64,000 nt of DNA from Trichoplax adhaerens (lineage: Eukaryota > Animalia > Placozoa): the NCBI RefSeq assembly GCF_000150275.1, contig NW_002060945.1, positions 4,389,397 through 4,453,396 of the forward strand. The letters are read 5' to 3'. The translations under genes and the position numbers were made by a program. Below are positions 1-13,544 of this stretch, one piece after another. How positions within the stretch are numbered: position 1 is the stretch's first letter; each line of letters starts with the position of its first letter. Below the pieces are notes generated by a model. The model was not told the DNA's origin. It made no database searches and saw nothing but the letters and a program-made list of their open reading frames with translations.

Positions 1-3000
1 ACATGATAATTGCGAAAAACATAATTCAACACTTACACAACTTAGTATGAGAATAAAATTCTATGACTAGTATCATATTCTACGAAGCTGAAATCAACAT
101 ACTTGAATTATCACAAACATGACTTATATATACCTCTTATTGTTAACAACCCTAGATTTTTTATATTATTATTAAGTTATGTCTAATTCACTTCTACATA
201 ACATCTTGACAATAATATTAGCTTGTCTAACAGCTTCACTGCTCGCCTATTTTAGACAAATCCCCTTTATTTTCATGCTATGCTCATTGTAAAATAGTCA
301 CGTTATGCTAATATACTAAAGCAGAAAGAACTAGCCTTTATGAATATTAAAATTGTAAAAGATCAAATTCATTTAAGCTTGAAATAGCGCACTAACAACT
401 CTTTATTATGATCATTAATCTGAGTCATTGTGGAGTGAGCATTGGCTATCTTCTTGAATGTTGTCATACTCTCCCATCAAGTAATTAAAAGCTGCTTTTA
501 AGTGCCATTTATGACGGTTAATGCCCGTCAAATTATATCACGTTGTGCTAATTTTTTCTACAAAAATATAAGCAATAAAGTTCTACATTTTACAATGGAT
601 TCAGCTTTATTAATATTAGCCAACATCTGCAGTATTTTTTAGAAAGGTACGTCATATCGCTATGAAGAAGGAAATATTGAAATTAATCGTCGGCAAACTT
701 ATTTGATTACAGACATATTTAGATCTCAACATTTTGAAAACAAGTTATTATCATTATTATATATCTTAATTAAGATTCTACAAAACTAAGAGAAATTTAA
801 TTATGATCTTATGCCTAGTTCTGATTTAACCATATTTCTTGTCAAAGCCAATCGTTCAAACTCGCTATATCAAACAGGGTTATTAAATTAAATTTATTAC
901 AGTAGATATAACCATATTGCTATCCACTTTAGGTTTCAATAAACAAATATAATCAAACAAAAGTAGATATATATCAACATTCTACATTCATAAATGTCTC
1001 ATGGCTTATGCTATTTTGATAATATACCTACTGCAAGATAAAATCTCACATAGGAGAGAATAATGAATAGAAAAGAGTATCTGTAACCTTTGTCGATCTT
1101 AATTAGGGAAAAGATCAAGTGCATTTAAGCTTGAAAAGATTTCTTCATTTATTAATTGATTAATTTCATTTTAAATTGTACACGGGTTAAACTATTTCTT
1201 CTATTTTGTTACTGTCTTGACTAAAACACATATACTCGTGGCATGACCAGAAGTAAAAACTCATAAACTAATCTTACAACCAGCCGCTTATTATGCTTGT
1301 GAGGAAGTTGTTAGTCTTGCGTACAGTATCTCTCCATAGTTAGTTGGTGACTAAGTAGCTAGTAAGTTAGTTGATCACTCACATTAGAAGAGAGTAGACA
1401 GTGGTATAACTCGTGTGAGTGACAGGTATTTAGACAGATTCATGTTGTTGCTACGTTATGCTGTAAAATGATATCTTCATCTTACAAGAAAATAGTGAAG
1501 TAGAAAGTAAGCAACCATTACTGATCTAAACTTGAAAAAAATCCAGTTCATTTCAAGTTTGAACGAATATGTTGATGAATAATTTTATCTTGAAAACTAT
1601 TCAAACTGTTTCTTTCTAATATATACACATGAAAATCATTGTTATGCATTGAATCGTAGTACACTACATTTTTAGTACTCATATTAATGCTGTAATATTC
1701 TCGAGTTTTTCTTATTTATCTATATAATAGTATATCATTTTCTTAACAAGTAAATTCCATTTCATATTCTAGTAGTTTTACAGCCAAATAGGATTTCTAT
1801 TAATACAAGCCTAACTATGCCTTTTTACTTTATTAATCAATCGTAGATACTATTTATCAAAGCAAGTATTGTATTTGTATTTTACGAGTGTAAAGATATC
1901 GATATTATCATATTCGATGATTTTAACAAGCGTTAATATATACGATCATTAGCAATTTTTATGGCCCTTGCAAAATTTCATTTGTAGCGATGGCTTATAC
2001 TGTAGTACAGAGCTATCACAAACCTTAGTAGGGTTGGTATTCAATAATTTTAGTTACTATTAGACCTAAATCCATCTATTATATATCTACATTTTAATGC
2101 TAATAAAATCGCATAGCCGTTGATATGAAATCAAGTTACAAATACTATTATCTTTTTTTATTAATTCTGCAATAGGTATTGCTTTTAAAGGTTGCTACCG
2201 AATTTCATGAAAACTTGACAAGTTTTGTCTTGCGGCAGAAGTAAATATATGATATTTAATAGAAACGCCATGATATGGCTCCGCATTCTTCCATAGGTAT
2301 TGAAAATAATATAATGAGTACGCAATTACAATTAAGTCCTGTTCATTATATCCGATACTCTACATTATGTAACTATAATATTTATTCTTTTATTGTTTAT
2401 TATTAAGAAATTATTAGATGAAAAGCATTCAAGTACTGCATAAGTTCTGTTTAACTTTAGATAAGATAGTGCGCTAAGTAGCCTAATATGCAAAAAGACA
2501 ACATTTTAAATTAATTATTTTGATAATATACTTACTAATGTGCGTGTAGGTGTTACTATTTTATTAAGCTATTTGAGCATAATCAATAGCAACAATTAAT
2601 ATTACAATAAAAATTCGAATTCTTTATAAGAATTATCCAAAATATTTTTTCAATAAATAAAAGTTCTGCATCATATTTTTATTACCATGATGTATATACA
2701 AAACAAACTTGTTTTGCTACTTCGTTGCCGTAGCAGAGATGAACTATTGAGTTATGCTGGTATCTAAATTTTAAAAATTTTACTGATAAGATTGGAAACT
2801 ATTCCAAATTAACAGGATTATCATAAGAAAATTATAGATCTACTTTCGTATCGAATACACGGATTTTTGCTAATTAGATAGTAAATTGTAGAATAAGGCG
2901 AAAAAAGAACTTCGGTATTGTATTACTACACAGTCATTGAACATTCACTGTATGACAATGCATAAATGCTAGCCTGCACTTGTCATCTAATAGTTATAGT

Positions 3001-4769
3001 AAGCTAAGTTACAACAACTTTTAATCTTATTTTTTACAATTATTACTAAGCTGCAGTCCTGTGTTATGTCACGACCCAACGTTGTAATAGGATAGATCCT
3101 ATAATATTAGTACGGCAATAGACCTTGTACAATATAATGAACTCAGACACATAGTCAAAGGTTAAATCTAGAACTGTTCGTCGTTAACAATCTGGAAAGA
3201 TCCCAGTTACTTGTCGAGAAAATCGTCTATATATAAACAAGTGATTATTGTCATTGCTGTTGCCAATTTAGATTTCATAACACTGGTAAACATGTTCTAT
3301 GACAATAATGTACTTTTCGAAATTTGCCTACAGCAATCTTAGAATAGCTTTTAGTAAATTTAATTTTAATATTCATATCACCATATGTTGTATATATGGA
3401 CTTTCTAAGTACATAAATGTCATTATTAGGGTGTGCTTCTGCTGTACGTAAATATATTTCAATTTCTAAGTTACTAGATTTGCGTTTTACGATATTAACA
3501 CTTGGTCTTACAGTACTGTATAAAGTGCTCTCAGATACAGAAGACTTTCTCTATCTGCTCTCAGCTATAGATTTAGGGTACAAACTGCAAACTCTTTAAT
3601 GATTTCGGTTACTACATCTATGTGTGACTTAAAGTTAATTAAAATTAGTTTTATTACGATCAATACGATCGTCACTGACATTTCTAATTTGCTACCAGGT
3701 ACTCAATGCTTCAATTGTTATAATTCTGGACTATAACTATCGTATTCTATGAAATCAATCCACCTGATTTGTTATTAAAATGATGAAATAAAAAAACAGA
3801 TTCAATACCCGTATTGTTCACAGTTTTTATTCTACTAAAAACGAATGCGAGATTAAATTAATTATTGAGTTATAACTCTTTATAGAAAGCCGAATATAAT
3901 TATTCACAATTTTTCTAATGCAATCGCTTTATTGCGTATACATTTTAAAGCGCGGTTTACTAATGTCATAACGATATCAATAAAATCAGTGATTAGTGTA
4001 TACGATTGGAGCATTTTTGATAATTTCTTGCAATAATTATATTTTGGCAATATTGTTAAGATGGCAATAATAGCTGAGTATATTCGTTATTACGATTAAT
4101 TATAGTTGATATATTTGGCAATATTATTGTACTGTAAAGGTATACTTTTTTATATGGTGTCATACGAATGCTAGTATTACTGTACCTGTTGGAGTACGAA
4201 GTTAAGCGTATTTGCAAAATCACGATACTATTGCGCTATGGATAATTAATTATAATTTGTTACGCTGAATAAAGTATTACTGAAGATTTAGAAACTAATC
4301 ATAGATATGCTTCATGGGAGATAGAGTTATCTATCTCTCTCTCTCTCTCTAAACATATTCATATTGATGTATTTAATAAGGCAAATTAATCTGAAAATGA
4401 TATATTATAGCATATATTAGCTAGTCATTTATAGTGCTTTATTAAATTCTAGGAAAGTACCTAGGCTTTCGGTGATTATTCATGATCTACGTAAATAAAG
4501 AAAAGAAAACACTATTCAATTACTTAACTTCAATAATAAATCAATTCTTTTCCTGAAGCCTTATCTTTCCTCTGTAACACAGGTTACCAAGATTTGCAAT
4601 TGAAACGGTCACACTTTTATACTAAATTCGCCGCTTCTTTCCTTGCCATGGCAATAATTGTTAAGTCTTATTATTGAAGAATAGCTTTAATTTTGATCAA
4701 GCACGGGTAGTTAGATGATTGTACTTCAATATGATAAATAGAAATAATCGCAGCTCAAAGATTTTCGCA

Positions 4770-5849
4770 TTAATCGTGAACACTTAACTGATTAACCGGC
4801 CTCAATACATTTATAGGTGTAATACGATACTTATTTGATAAATGTCGGTGAATTACTTCAGTAGAAGTTGCTTCTACTGGAACTTTAGGAGTATTTGAAT
4901 CAGTAATATTAGCAGCTACAAAAACGTTGCCAAAGGAGCAATTGCATGGAAAGTATAATTGGCGAATTTTTCGATTGAAAATACAATAAATGATAGGATT
5001 GTAAAATACAGATATTGAATATGCCACCGGACCGATTCCTATAATCAGATTTCTCACCGGGTACCTTTTATCATTAAGTAAATCTAAGGAGCTCAAATTA
5101 GTAGTAGCTTCAATACATAAAGTTAATCCCCAAGGCAGCATGCATATTACAAAAGCCCCTGTGGTAGTAAGTAACATATACGTTGTTTTACGCTTTGCTC
5201 TCCTGCTTTTGCTAGAATTATTTGCTAATATAGACCTTTTGATATGAAAATGATACAACACTATGCCATACAGAATTCCCATTGCCGTAAAGGGGAAACA
5301 GAACTCGGCTAAAACTAGCAAAAAATTTATGACAATATTCGCAGTTGTTCCACTGAATGTAGAGTGACATCTATTTTTAAATATATTGGAAAGGATCAAA
5401 AAAGGGAAGCTTATTACGGTAGCTAGCAGCCATGAAATGAGGCTCAGAGTAAGAGCTCTTTTAGAGGTTAATTTCTTCGTCGGTTTAAGGATAGCCAGAT
5501 ATCTTTCAAAACTTATTATCACTAAAGTTTGCATAGATTGTACAACAGATAAATTCATCGCGAAGTTACTAAATTTACAAAGTGCTATTCTTGTACCAAG
5601 CGATATTTGGTCTCTTACTGCCGTTGATCTTGTTATCGCTGTATTGATAAATGTAGCAGCTAATAAGATGTCGCTAATAGCTAGATTAGCCACCAGAAAA
5701 TATGTTGGCGTCCGTAAGCTCTTTTTTGCCATTACTCCTACAGTTAGGATTAAATTATTAATAATTGAAATAACTAAGAGTATTACCACTGGAGCTGGAT
5801 TCTTCTCAAACCATCGATCTTGCAATACTGGTGAACTTGAATTGTTCAT
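4770..5849 (-). CDS. Rhodopsin-like (class A) GPCR, intronless, 359 aa
   Basis: Seven hydrophobic segments with class A motifs: TM2 NLAISD, TM3 Cys (LCK) and SFERY, TM4 W, ECL2 Cys, TM5 P, TM6 CMLPW, TM7 YNPIIY, helix 8 FNRKIR; N-terminal N-glycosylation sequons. Confidence 0.95.
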   Translation of the reverse strand: MNNSSSPVLQDRWFEKNPAPVVILLVISIINNLILTVGVMAKKSLRTPTYFLVANLAISDILLAATFINTAITRSTAVRDQISLGTRIALCKFSNFAMNLSVVQSMQTLVIISFERYLAILKPTKKLTSKRALTLSLISWLLATVISFPFLILSNIFKNRCHSTFSGTTANIVINFLLVLAEFCFPFTAMGILYGIVLYHFHIKRSILANNSSKSRRAKRKTTYMLLTTTGAFVICMLPWGLTLCIEATTNLSSLDLLNDKRYPVRNLIIGIGPVAYSISVFYNPIIYCIFNRKIRQLYFPCNCSFGNVFVAANITDSNTPKVPVEATSTEVIHRHLSNKYRITPINVLRPVNQLSVHD

Positions 5850-8652
5850 AATTGATTAGTTTTAAAACTTAGGCTAGTAATCACTTAAGAAATTGATTTT
5901 TGGGGGGATGAAAGAGGTGACAAAGCAGTCGAAATGGCAACAAAATTCTGTCTAGAGAAATGTGTAATTCAGCGTATCTTCAACTAAGGGTGACTGACTT
6001 CAAAAATTATCTTACAATCCATATTAATAGGCATATATAATTAATCACCAGTAATAAAATTCATGCCCAGTCATGACGACGATAAGATTTATCTCACAAT
6101 TTATGGTCTACAATTATTAAGTTTTAAATTACTGATAGCTTAATCAATGGAATAGTGATAACAATACAGTTATGATCAAATTTCCTTAATGCCAATTATA
6201 TAATAATAAAATTTCTCTTTCATATATTGAAGAAATAAAAAGTTATCATGACAGTTCCTTTCCGGCAAAAATAACAAACTCATCAATGGCTGAAGTCAAC
6301 AAAATTAATTCAAACATTAATTATAATTTACAATTGATTAAAGTATTAATCCAATGACATTAATACAATAAATTGAGAAATAAATTATAATTTATAGTTA
6401 ATAAAGGCACAACACAAATAACGTTATCTTATATAAATCCAAATATTAATTAGAATTTACAATTGTAGCTATTTTGTATTATAATCTAGCAGTAGATAAA
6501 ATTATGCGATTTTTCTTGTCGATTGATAGCATGTAATGGGAGATACTTTATGCTACAAATAATATAAAGCTTTAAGATCATGACCAATAAGTTTTAAACA
6601 GCATTGAATAATTACGCTAATTAACCCAATAATTGATCAATTTATCGAATTTTTAAATGATTTTACATTTTTTCAACATCATGCTGCATTAAGCTACTTA
6701 AGAGCACTAATTTGTTATAACTACAATACAAATTAATTATTAGAATACGCATATATAAAAGTAATATTTACCCAGGTAATAGTTTATTCTCTCTACATGT
6801 TGTAATTGTGAACTACTTGAATTATAAATGGAATCAATACTGAATTATTTGGAGATGAACTTAAGTAAACTATTATAAGGTTAAAAAGTTTATATGAGCA
6901 GTTCTTTAATGAAATAGCAATAAATATAAGTTATAGTATTTCAATAATTAACGTCTAATAATTTGAATATGCGCACATACATATGTATTTATTTGATATA
7001 AACATATTCATACAGTCTTATATGAATGTTTAATTATAGTTTTATATCAGTAAAAACGTACGATCAGATGTCTGGGATTAATATTATATAAAGAACAAAC
7101 TGGGTTGAAGATTGCTTTCTATTAAAAGGAAAGAAAGAATTCGAGGAATTTAAAGAAATGGTAACGTCAGGTAATTGCCGTATACTTGGTTATTTCTAAA
7201 AATTTTATGGATCTGACAAAACCCTTAATAGTAAGCAATGCGTAAGCTATTCATAATGACTACAAATTTAGCCATAACCTCTGCGAAGGTAATAACTAAA
7301 TGATACCATTATTAACTTCACTTAACTAACGTTAGAATATAGAAATTAATTTTTGTAACTTCTATATTACTAAGATGGAATATAGGAGATCTCTCGCATG
7401 AATATCCAGTTCTGGTTTTGATTATCGAAAACACTGGTTCTCTTTGTGGTACTACCGAAAATTAAGTTTAAGACACCGTATAAAATCCTAACCCTAACCT
7501 ATAATGCTATGTATCTTTATCGAGTAGTTTTTTAGCTAATATACCACCAAAACCCAACCTTTACTTTCCTGTAATACTTGTAAATAGTTAAGATTATCTT
7601 CTATTCACATAATCGCATAAATAACTACTAGTGTATTATAAACAGTAATTGTCGTTAATTTAAATGTCTTAATTTAGTACGATTAGCGATTTTGCGTTAA
7701 TAAAATTAATGCACGATTTACTTATTAATTACGATTTACTGCCATCATAATTGTGATTCTCTTAACAATTACAATATTTCTTATCACGAGTATCTACTTC
7801 TTAAGAGTGGGTATGCCCATACCCAATTACAAGCCTTAAATGTAACTATCACTGACAATTAGAATAAAAGTGTGTATCTAATGCGTCTTTTCCTTGATAT
7901 TACATGAGTCTTATGATGTGTCTGCTTTGATATCGACATTGTATTCTTTGCTCTAATGTGCACTTTTATCAGTCAGTATACTATAAATCGATTTACATTC
8001 CATACTAAGTACAGTGCTTGATATTTAAAGGAGTATCGCTAGATTAACTTAAGTAAATACAATATTAAAAGTATCAACTGCTCTGAATATTTAAATACAT
8101 TAGCAGTAATGAAAGTACGAAACGTAACGTAACAGAGTAGTAGTATTAAAATGATTCTAATATTCGAGGTCTTCGTGTAATTGTAAATGAAAATTATCAA
8201 ATCGATCAATTTCCTACTACTCTACTAATCATCGATAAGAAACAATGGATATAAAAATCGTAACACTATTAGTAATTTAATCAGCTATAGTTTAAAAATT
8301 TATTTTACTAAACTATACGTTTAACGAGGAGTTGATGTAGCCAGCCCATTAGTAGCAACGGGATAAATAAGTACAGCTATATAAGGCTTGCGATATCAAG
8401 TTTCAAACCAAATTGAATTTATGCATGTGTTTGGATAGATACTACGGGTATAATTATCTAACTATATCACTAACTTTACAGTCTTTTATTGCTAGAATAG
8501 ACAAGTAGACATTTTAACTTTGAGAAAAGACAACTTTTCAATTTTTTATTCGGCTCTTTCTGCTCAAAGCCACAGTAAGAATGTCAATAGTATTTATCAG
8601 TGCCTTTTTTCATTCAGATCATGAATTGTTAAATGCCTAGTAGTGACGGAAT

Positions 8653-9660
8653 CTACTGTCCATCAGCAACTGCTACACGAAATATCTGAACGTTATTTCC
8701 GCGATAATTGCGACATGGTAAGGATAAGTTACGAATACGTTGATTGAAGAGGCAGTAAATTATCGGATTATAAAAGACACAGCTAGGAAATGAAATTCTG
8801 CCTAACTGAGCTATTATTTGTGCCCATGGATCGGTATGATCAAGAGCTAAAGTAGTAGAATTTTTACCTGTATAGGCTGATAACAGTAATGTAATCGCCC
8901 AAGGTAATGAGCAAGTTATAAAAATAAATGTTATCGTGGTTAACATAAGAGTTGTAATATTTCGTTTCGACCTAATGTTACGATTAGTGCTTGTAGGTAA
9001 GTTTCTAGAGTTCAGCTTTATTAAGATTAGGGTATATAAAATGATCATAACAGCAGAAGGGATTGCAAATTGAATAGCAAAGAGTACGTGAGCTAGAAAT
9101 TTCACTACAACCAAATTGTTATTTAGAAAGTATCGACATTCGTATTGTTGAGTATCGGCGGTGAGGATAATTGGAAACGAAGTTATGCCTGAAGCTAGCC
9201 ATATTAGAGTGCATGATATCTTTGATTTACTTAGGGCCACCTCTGTCATAGGCTTCTCGAGGACTATGTATCGCCAAATACTAATTACCGTTAAGGTTAG
9301 CATTGTAGCCATATATGACCAATATAATGGGAATACGATGATAATTTTACATAGTATGTTGAAGCTCCTCGGATGCGGTTTTAGTATAGGCATAATTCCA
9401 ATCAGTATCGTGGATATTATTAGAAATAGCCCCAAAACAATACCGCAAATGGCTAAATTCACTATTAAATAAAATGTTGGTTTATGTAAAGGTTTTTTAT
9501 AATAAATGCTGAATAGAAAGATAAAGTTCAGTAGAATACCAAATAGAAGTACCGAGCAGGTTACGACCAAATTTCTTCTAAAAATAAAGTGATTTGCAGT
9601 ATCGTTAATAATATTAAGTCTACCTTTGGTTGTATAATTATTTGATGATAATTGTTCCAT
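8653..9660 (-). CDS. Rhodopsin-like (class A) GPCR, intronless, 335 aa; tandem paralogue of the 4770-5849 receptor
   Basis: Shared segments with its neighbour (PTFYLIVNLAI vs PTYFLVANLAI, TLTVISIWRY vs TLVIISFERY, CSLPW vs CMLPW, VFYNPIIYC in both); 7TM pattern. Confidence 0.93.
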   Translation of the reverse strand: MEQLSSNNYTTKGRLNIINDTANHFIFRRNLVVTCSVLLFGILLNFIFLFSIYYKKPLHKPTFYLIVNLAICGIVLGLFLIISTILIGIMPILKPHPRSFNILCKIIIVFPLYWSYMATMLTLTVISIWRYIVLEKPMTEVALSKSKISCTLIWLASGITSFPIILTADTQQYECRYFLNNNLVVVKFLAHVLFAIQFAIPSAVMIILYTLILIKLNSRNLPTSTNRNIRSKRNITTLMLTTITFIFITCSLPWAITLLLSAYTGKNSTTLALDHTDPWAQIIAQLGRISFPSCVFYNPIIYCLFNQRIRNLSLPCRNYRGNNVQIFRVAVADGQ

Positions 9661-12220
9661 TACAAATTAATTTCGCATTTCAGACATAGATTTGTTGCTT
9701 GAATTGTTTTATGGTAATCGTGCTTTATTTTCTTAGATAGTGTTTCTACAATTGGTTCAAGCAGTGAATGATAACATATATAAATACATCTATATGGATT
9801 GACCTTGACATATATATGATCAAGTTGTCTTTAAATAATTTCAGCGAGAAGAGGAATGATAACGGCTTGGTTCTTGAGTTTGAAATAATTTCGAAATTCA
9901 ATTTTTGGAGATTAGCATTGTTCGGAACTATTAAACCGGAAAGTTTGTACGTGGAACTACTTAAAAATCAATCTGATTGTGCCATTGATATGTTAAAGTT
10001 TTTTTAAAAAGAGCTATAAAATTCATTATTGATTGGCACTAAGGCGGTATTGTCTTATTTTAAAGATCGAAGTTACCAAATAATGAGACGCCGAAAGTGA
10101 TATTTGGCGGCTAGTTCCCTTATTATGGGCAACTTATACCTACCAATTTAATTCAGACCATGTATGTGTAGATTAGAGTTGCTAGGGTCTCTAGTGTACA
10201 TATTATACACTTTCTAGTTAAAATACGCAAACTTTATAAACGATCGTGAAAAAATATTAAGAGAATTATTGTCAATTTGTTTTTGCCGTTTCATGTGTCG
10301 TTTTATATGAATATGGATTTTTTCTATGCTTTATGATACATGAATAGATAGAGAATTGTCTTTACTACTTTTAGCCATTTGACGTGTTGAATATTTTTAT
10401 ATTATTCATGGCAAAAGCGAAATGTGATATTATAAGTATGACATTTTACAGGCTATAATTGAATGTGGTTGTCGTATCAATGAGAGTTAATTTTAAAGCT
10501 GCTCATATTCTGTACCGTAGCCATTGTTGATATGCTGTTAAACCTACCATGGAAATCATTCAATGACTATTTTCGCCGCATTATTGCGCAGCTCTTATTC
10601 ACTACCAAATAAAATACAGTATGTATGCTGTTGGATAATAATGATACTAATGTAAGAGATAAAGCTGCATGAATTTGGAGAAAATAAAGATGCGAAAGGA
10701 ATTATTATTTTTAAACTTAATAGCAACATGTATTGTAATAGATATGCCCTACTAGTGTACTTTTGATTCATATCCTATTGTACGGTACATGTAGATGTAT
10801 TATTCCTGGAGTCCTCAAAACAGGCAACGATTTTCATTGGAGTCTGATTAGAAGGTGGGCATATCGTGATAGTTTATTTTTTCGCTGCTTTATTTCTTAA
10901 GGAGAAATTTTATTGCGTCTATCTTCATAAGCCGTCAGTACTATTGTTATGAATGTATAAATGTATACGTAATACCGAATCTACATAGGAGTGCATGCTC
11001 TATGTTTTTTTCCACCTCTATGATAGCGACGATGACATAAAAGGCAGAAATGCAATACGTGTATAGGTGTTATATGATTCCGTTTTAATTGACCGTACAG
11101 TGAATAGTAACGCGAAGAAAATATCGACATTGCACATCTCTGGTATGCAGGTCGTAGCGGATGGCGGAAATATTTTACCCATCTTACCATATTACAGTAC
11201 AGCCAGGGACTACTGGATAAAAAGCGAGTGTAAAAAAGGAAAGTAAAAAGGTCCATTGATGTGAGACTGTGACCCAATTGCCACCACCTAAAACGACTGA
11301 TGAGATCTGTGTATGATTTCAAGTTGTTTTTAAACTTTCAAGGCAGTCATCATGATGGACTTTTCATAGTAGATGAGACCGAAAAATGTGGCAAAATAGT
11401 TACTCAGTCTAGATCTTGCGTTTCTGTTTTGGAAATCATTGGTGTTAATTTAAATACCATTTATGGTATAAGTTACTGCTTGCAAGTAGAGTTTAGCAAT
11501 AGGCAATGGAATACAAGGTAATGTTGGTTCATTTAGAACGATTAGTCCATTGAGAATCGACTGTCTGCATACTAAAGTAGCATCATCACCAAGTGTTATG
11601 ACACAATTTGTTCAGGAAATGAGGCCCAATGTCCGTCCGTGCAAAGTGGAACATACTATACTGGACTGTACTTGAGAGTAAGTTGAAGTTTATAACTTTA
11701 CTTTTGATTGAGATCTTTCAGAATCTCTCCATCACCCTAATATATCATTCTACAGTATGATAGTTTTACTGTATTTTGAAAGAAAAATATTACCGGAAAG
11801 TGGCAAAATGTTATGATCCATACTGTACAGTAAGTGCACAGTACTCATAGAGTTTAGAAAAACTCTTCTAGCTGTCGTTGCTTTACAGTTGATCCGCTTG
11901 ATTCCAGTACTGTATATCTACATACAATATACAGTACTAGTCCTACACCTCTTTAGTCACGTTTTGACGGATAGTGAGTGAGCTCAAAGCACTTTGTTGA
12001 TAAAGTCATTTCAAGTTATGAAGACTTGAGAATGTTAGCCTTGATGGAAATTTTATTATCCATCCTACACAGCGTGGATGAATTACTTTGAATAATTCAT
12101 GATAATATTTCATCTCGTCATTGCATGATCCTTATGCGCGGCAGCAGCCTTTGGATGTTGATGAATCAATCATGAATGATTGATATTGAATAATAATAAT
12201 AATAATAATTATTTATTGCT

Positions 12221-12848
12221 GTCAAAGGAAGAGGACTTGATTGATCTTGTACGCATGTGCAGAATCGAGCTGTAGAGGAACAGACTGAGTGTACCATACA
12301 CTAGAGACAGCACACTAGTGTAGTGTAGTGTTCAGTACAGCAGTGTGAATGCTACAATCTACACTACTGTATTCCAGTCTGAATGATTGTTATTGAATAA
12401 TAATAATAATTATAATTATTTATTACAGTCAAAGGAAGAGGACTTGATTGATTTTGTACGCATGTGTAAAATAATTATTTATACTCTTTATTTAATAAAA
12501 AATATAATTACGTCTTATTACAGTCAAAGGATGAGGAATTGATTGATTTTGTACGCATGTGCATAATCATTAATTTATAAATTTACAGTCAAAGGAAGAG
12601 GACTTGATTGATCTTGTACGCATGTGCATAATCATTATTTATTTATAATTACGTCTTCCAGTCAAAGGAAGAGGAATTGATTGATCTTGTACGCATGTGC
12701 ACAATCATTATTTATTTATTTATAATTACGTCTTACAGTCAATGGAAGAGGACTTGATGGATCTTGTACGCATGTGCATAATCATTATTTATAATTACGT
12801 CTTCCAGTCAAAGGAAGACGACTTGATGGATCTTGTACGCATGTGCAT
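12221..12848. repeat. Minisatellite: 7 copies of a ~40-bp core (gtcaaaggaagaggacttgattgatcttgtacgcatgtgc) with AT-rich linkers of variable length
   Basis: Core starts at about 12221, 12428, 12523, 12588, 12661, 12738 and 12807. Confidence 0.95.
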
Positions 12849-12991
12849 GAGTGTACGGTACATTTGTTGTCACGTTTTCTGCTGTGGTCAGCTGTTTTGT
12901 AAACGTGCCGCAATCAAAGCACTCTAACTGTCAGCCAATCACAACACTCGTGGAAAATGTGTCAAGTCAGCAAAGCCTAGCTGTACTCTAC

Positions 12992-13492
12992 TGTAGTTTG
13001 CCACTACCGATAGCAAATCAACTAGCAACCAACTGGCTGGAAACAACTGCTTGCTCAATCCTTATCCAAGCTAGTTGTAGTTTACCACTACCAATAGCAA
13101 ATCAACTTGCAACCAACTGGCTGGAAACAACTGCTTGCTCAATCCTTATCCAAGCTAGTTGTAGTTTACCACTACCAATAGCAAATCAACTTGCAACCAA
13201 CTGGCTGGTAACAACTGTTTGGCCAATCCCTAGCCAAGTTATTTACAGTTTGCCACGACCAATAACAAACAAATCAACTTGCAACTGGGCTGGTAACAAC
13301 TGCTTGGCCAATCTCTATCCAAGCGATTTGCAGTTTGCCAGGACAAATAGCAAATCAACTTGCAACTGGGCTGGTAACAACTGCTTGGTTAATCCGTACC
13401 CAAGCTATTTGCAGTTTGCCACTACCAATAACAAATCAACTTGCAACCAATTGGCTGGAAACAACTGCTTGGTTAATCCGTACCTAAGCTAT
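12992..13492. repeat. Tandem repeat, ~84-bp unit x ~6
   Basis: Unit tgtagtttgccactacc...aatcaacttgcaaccaactggctggaaacaactgcttg... recurs at about 12992, 13076, 13160, 13244, 13328 and 13410, giving the repeated peptide in ORF 12851..13513. Confidence 0.95.
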
Positions 13493-13544
13493 TCGTATTC
13501 ATTAAAAGCGTGAGATCGATTTGGAACCAGCTCTGATCGTGATT

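Noticed and set aside
1-4700. Further GPCR remnants downstream of the receptor pair
   Set aside because: No recognisable 7TM motifs by eye; the region reads as AT-rich intergenic DNA.
5386-5859. Plus-strand ORF of 157 aa (also 9161..9472)
   Set aside because: Antisense shadows of the GPCR coding sequences with non-ATG starts and no recognisable domain.
10981-11680. Short ORFs and exon-like blocks (e.g. TKCYDTICSGNEAQCPSVQSGTYYTGLYLR)
   Set aside because: Could not be joined into a phase-consistent gene or assigned to a family; decayed gene fragments remain possible.
12221-12848. CRISPR array
   Set aside because: Linkers are related AT-rich sequences of uneven length rather than unique spacers; the context is eukaryotic and no cas genes are present.
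12851-13513. 220-aa repetitive ORF (also 12697..12927)
   Set aside because: Open frame is a by-product of tandem repeat units; the peptide changes frame between copies.
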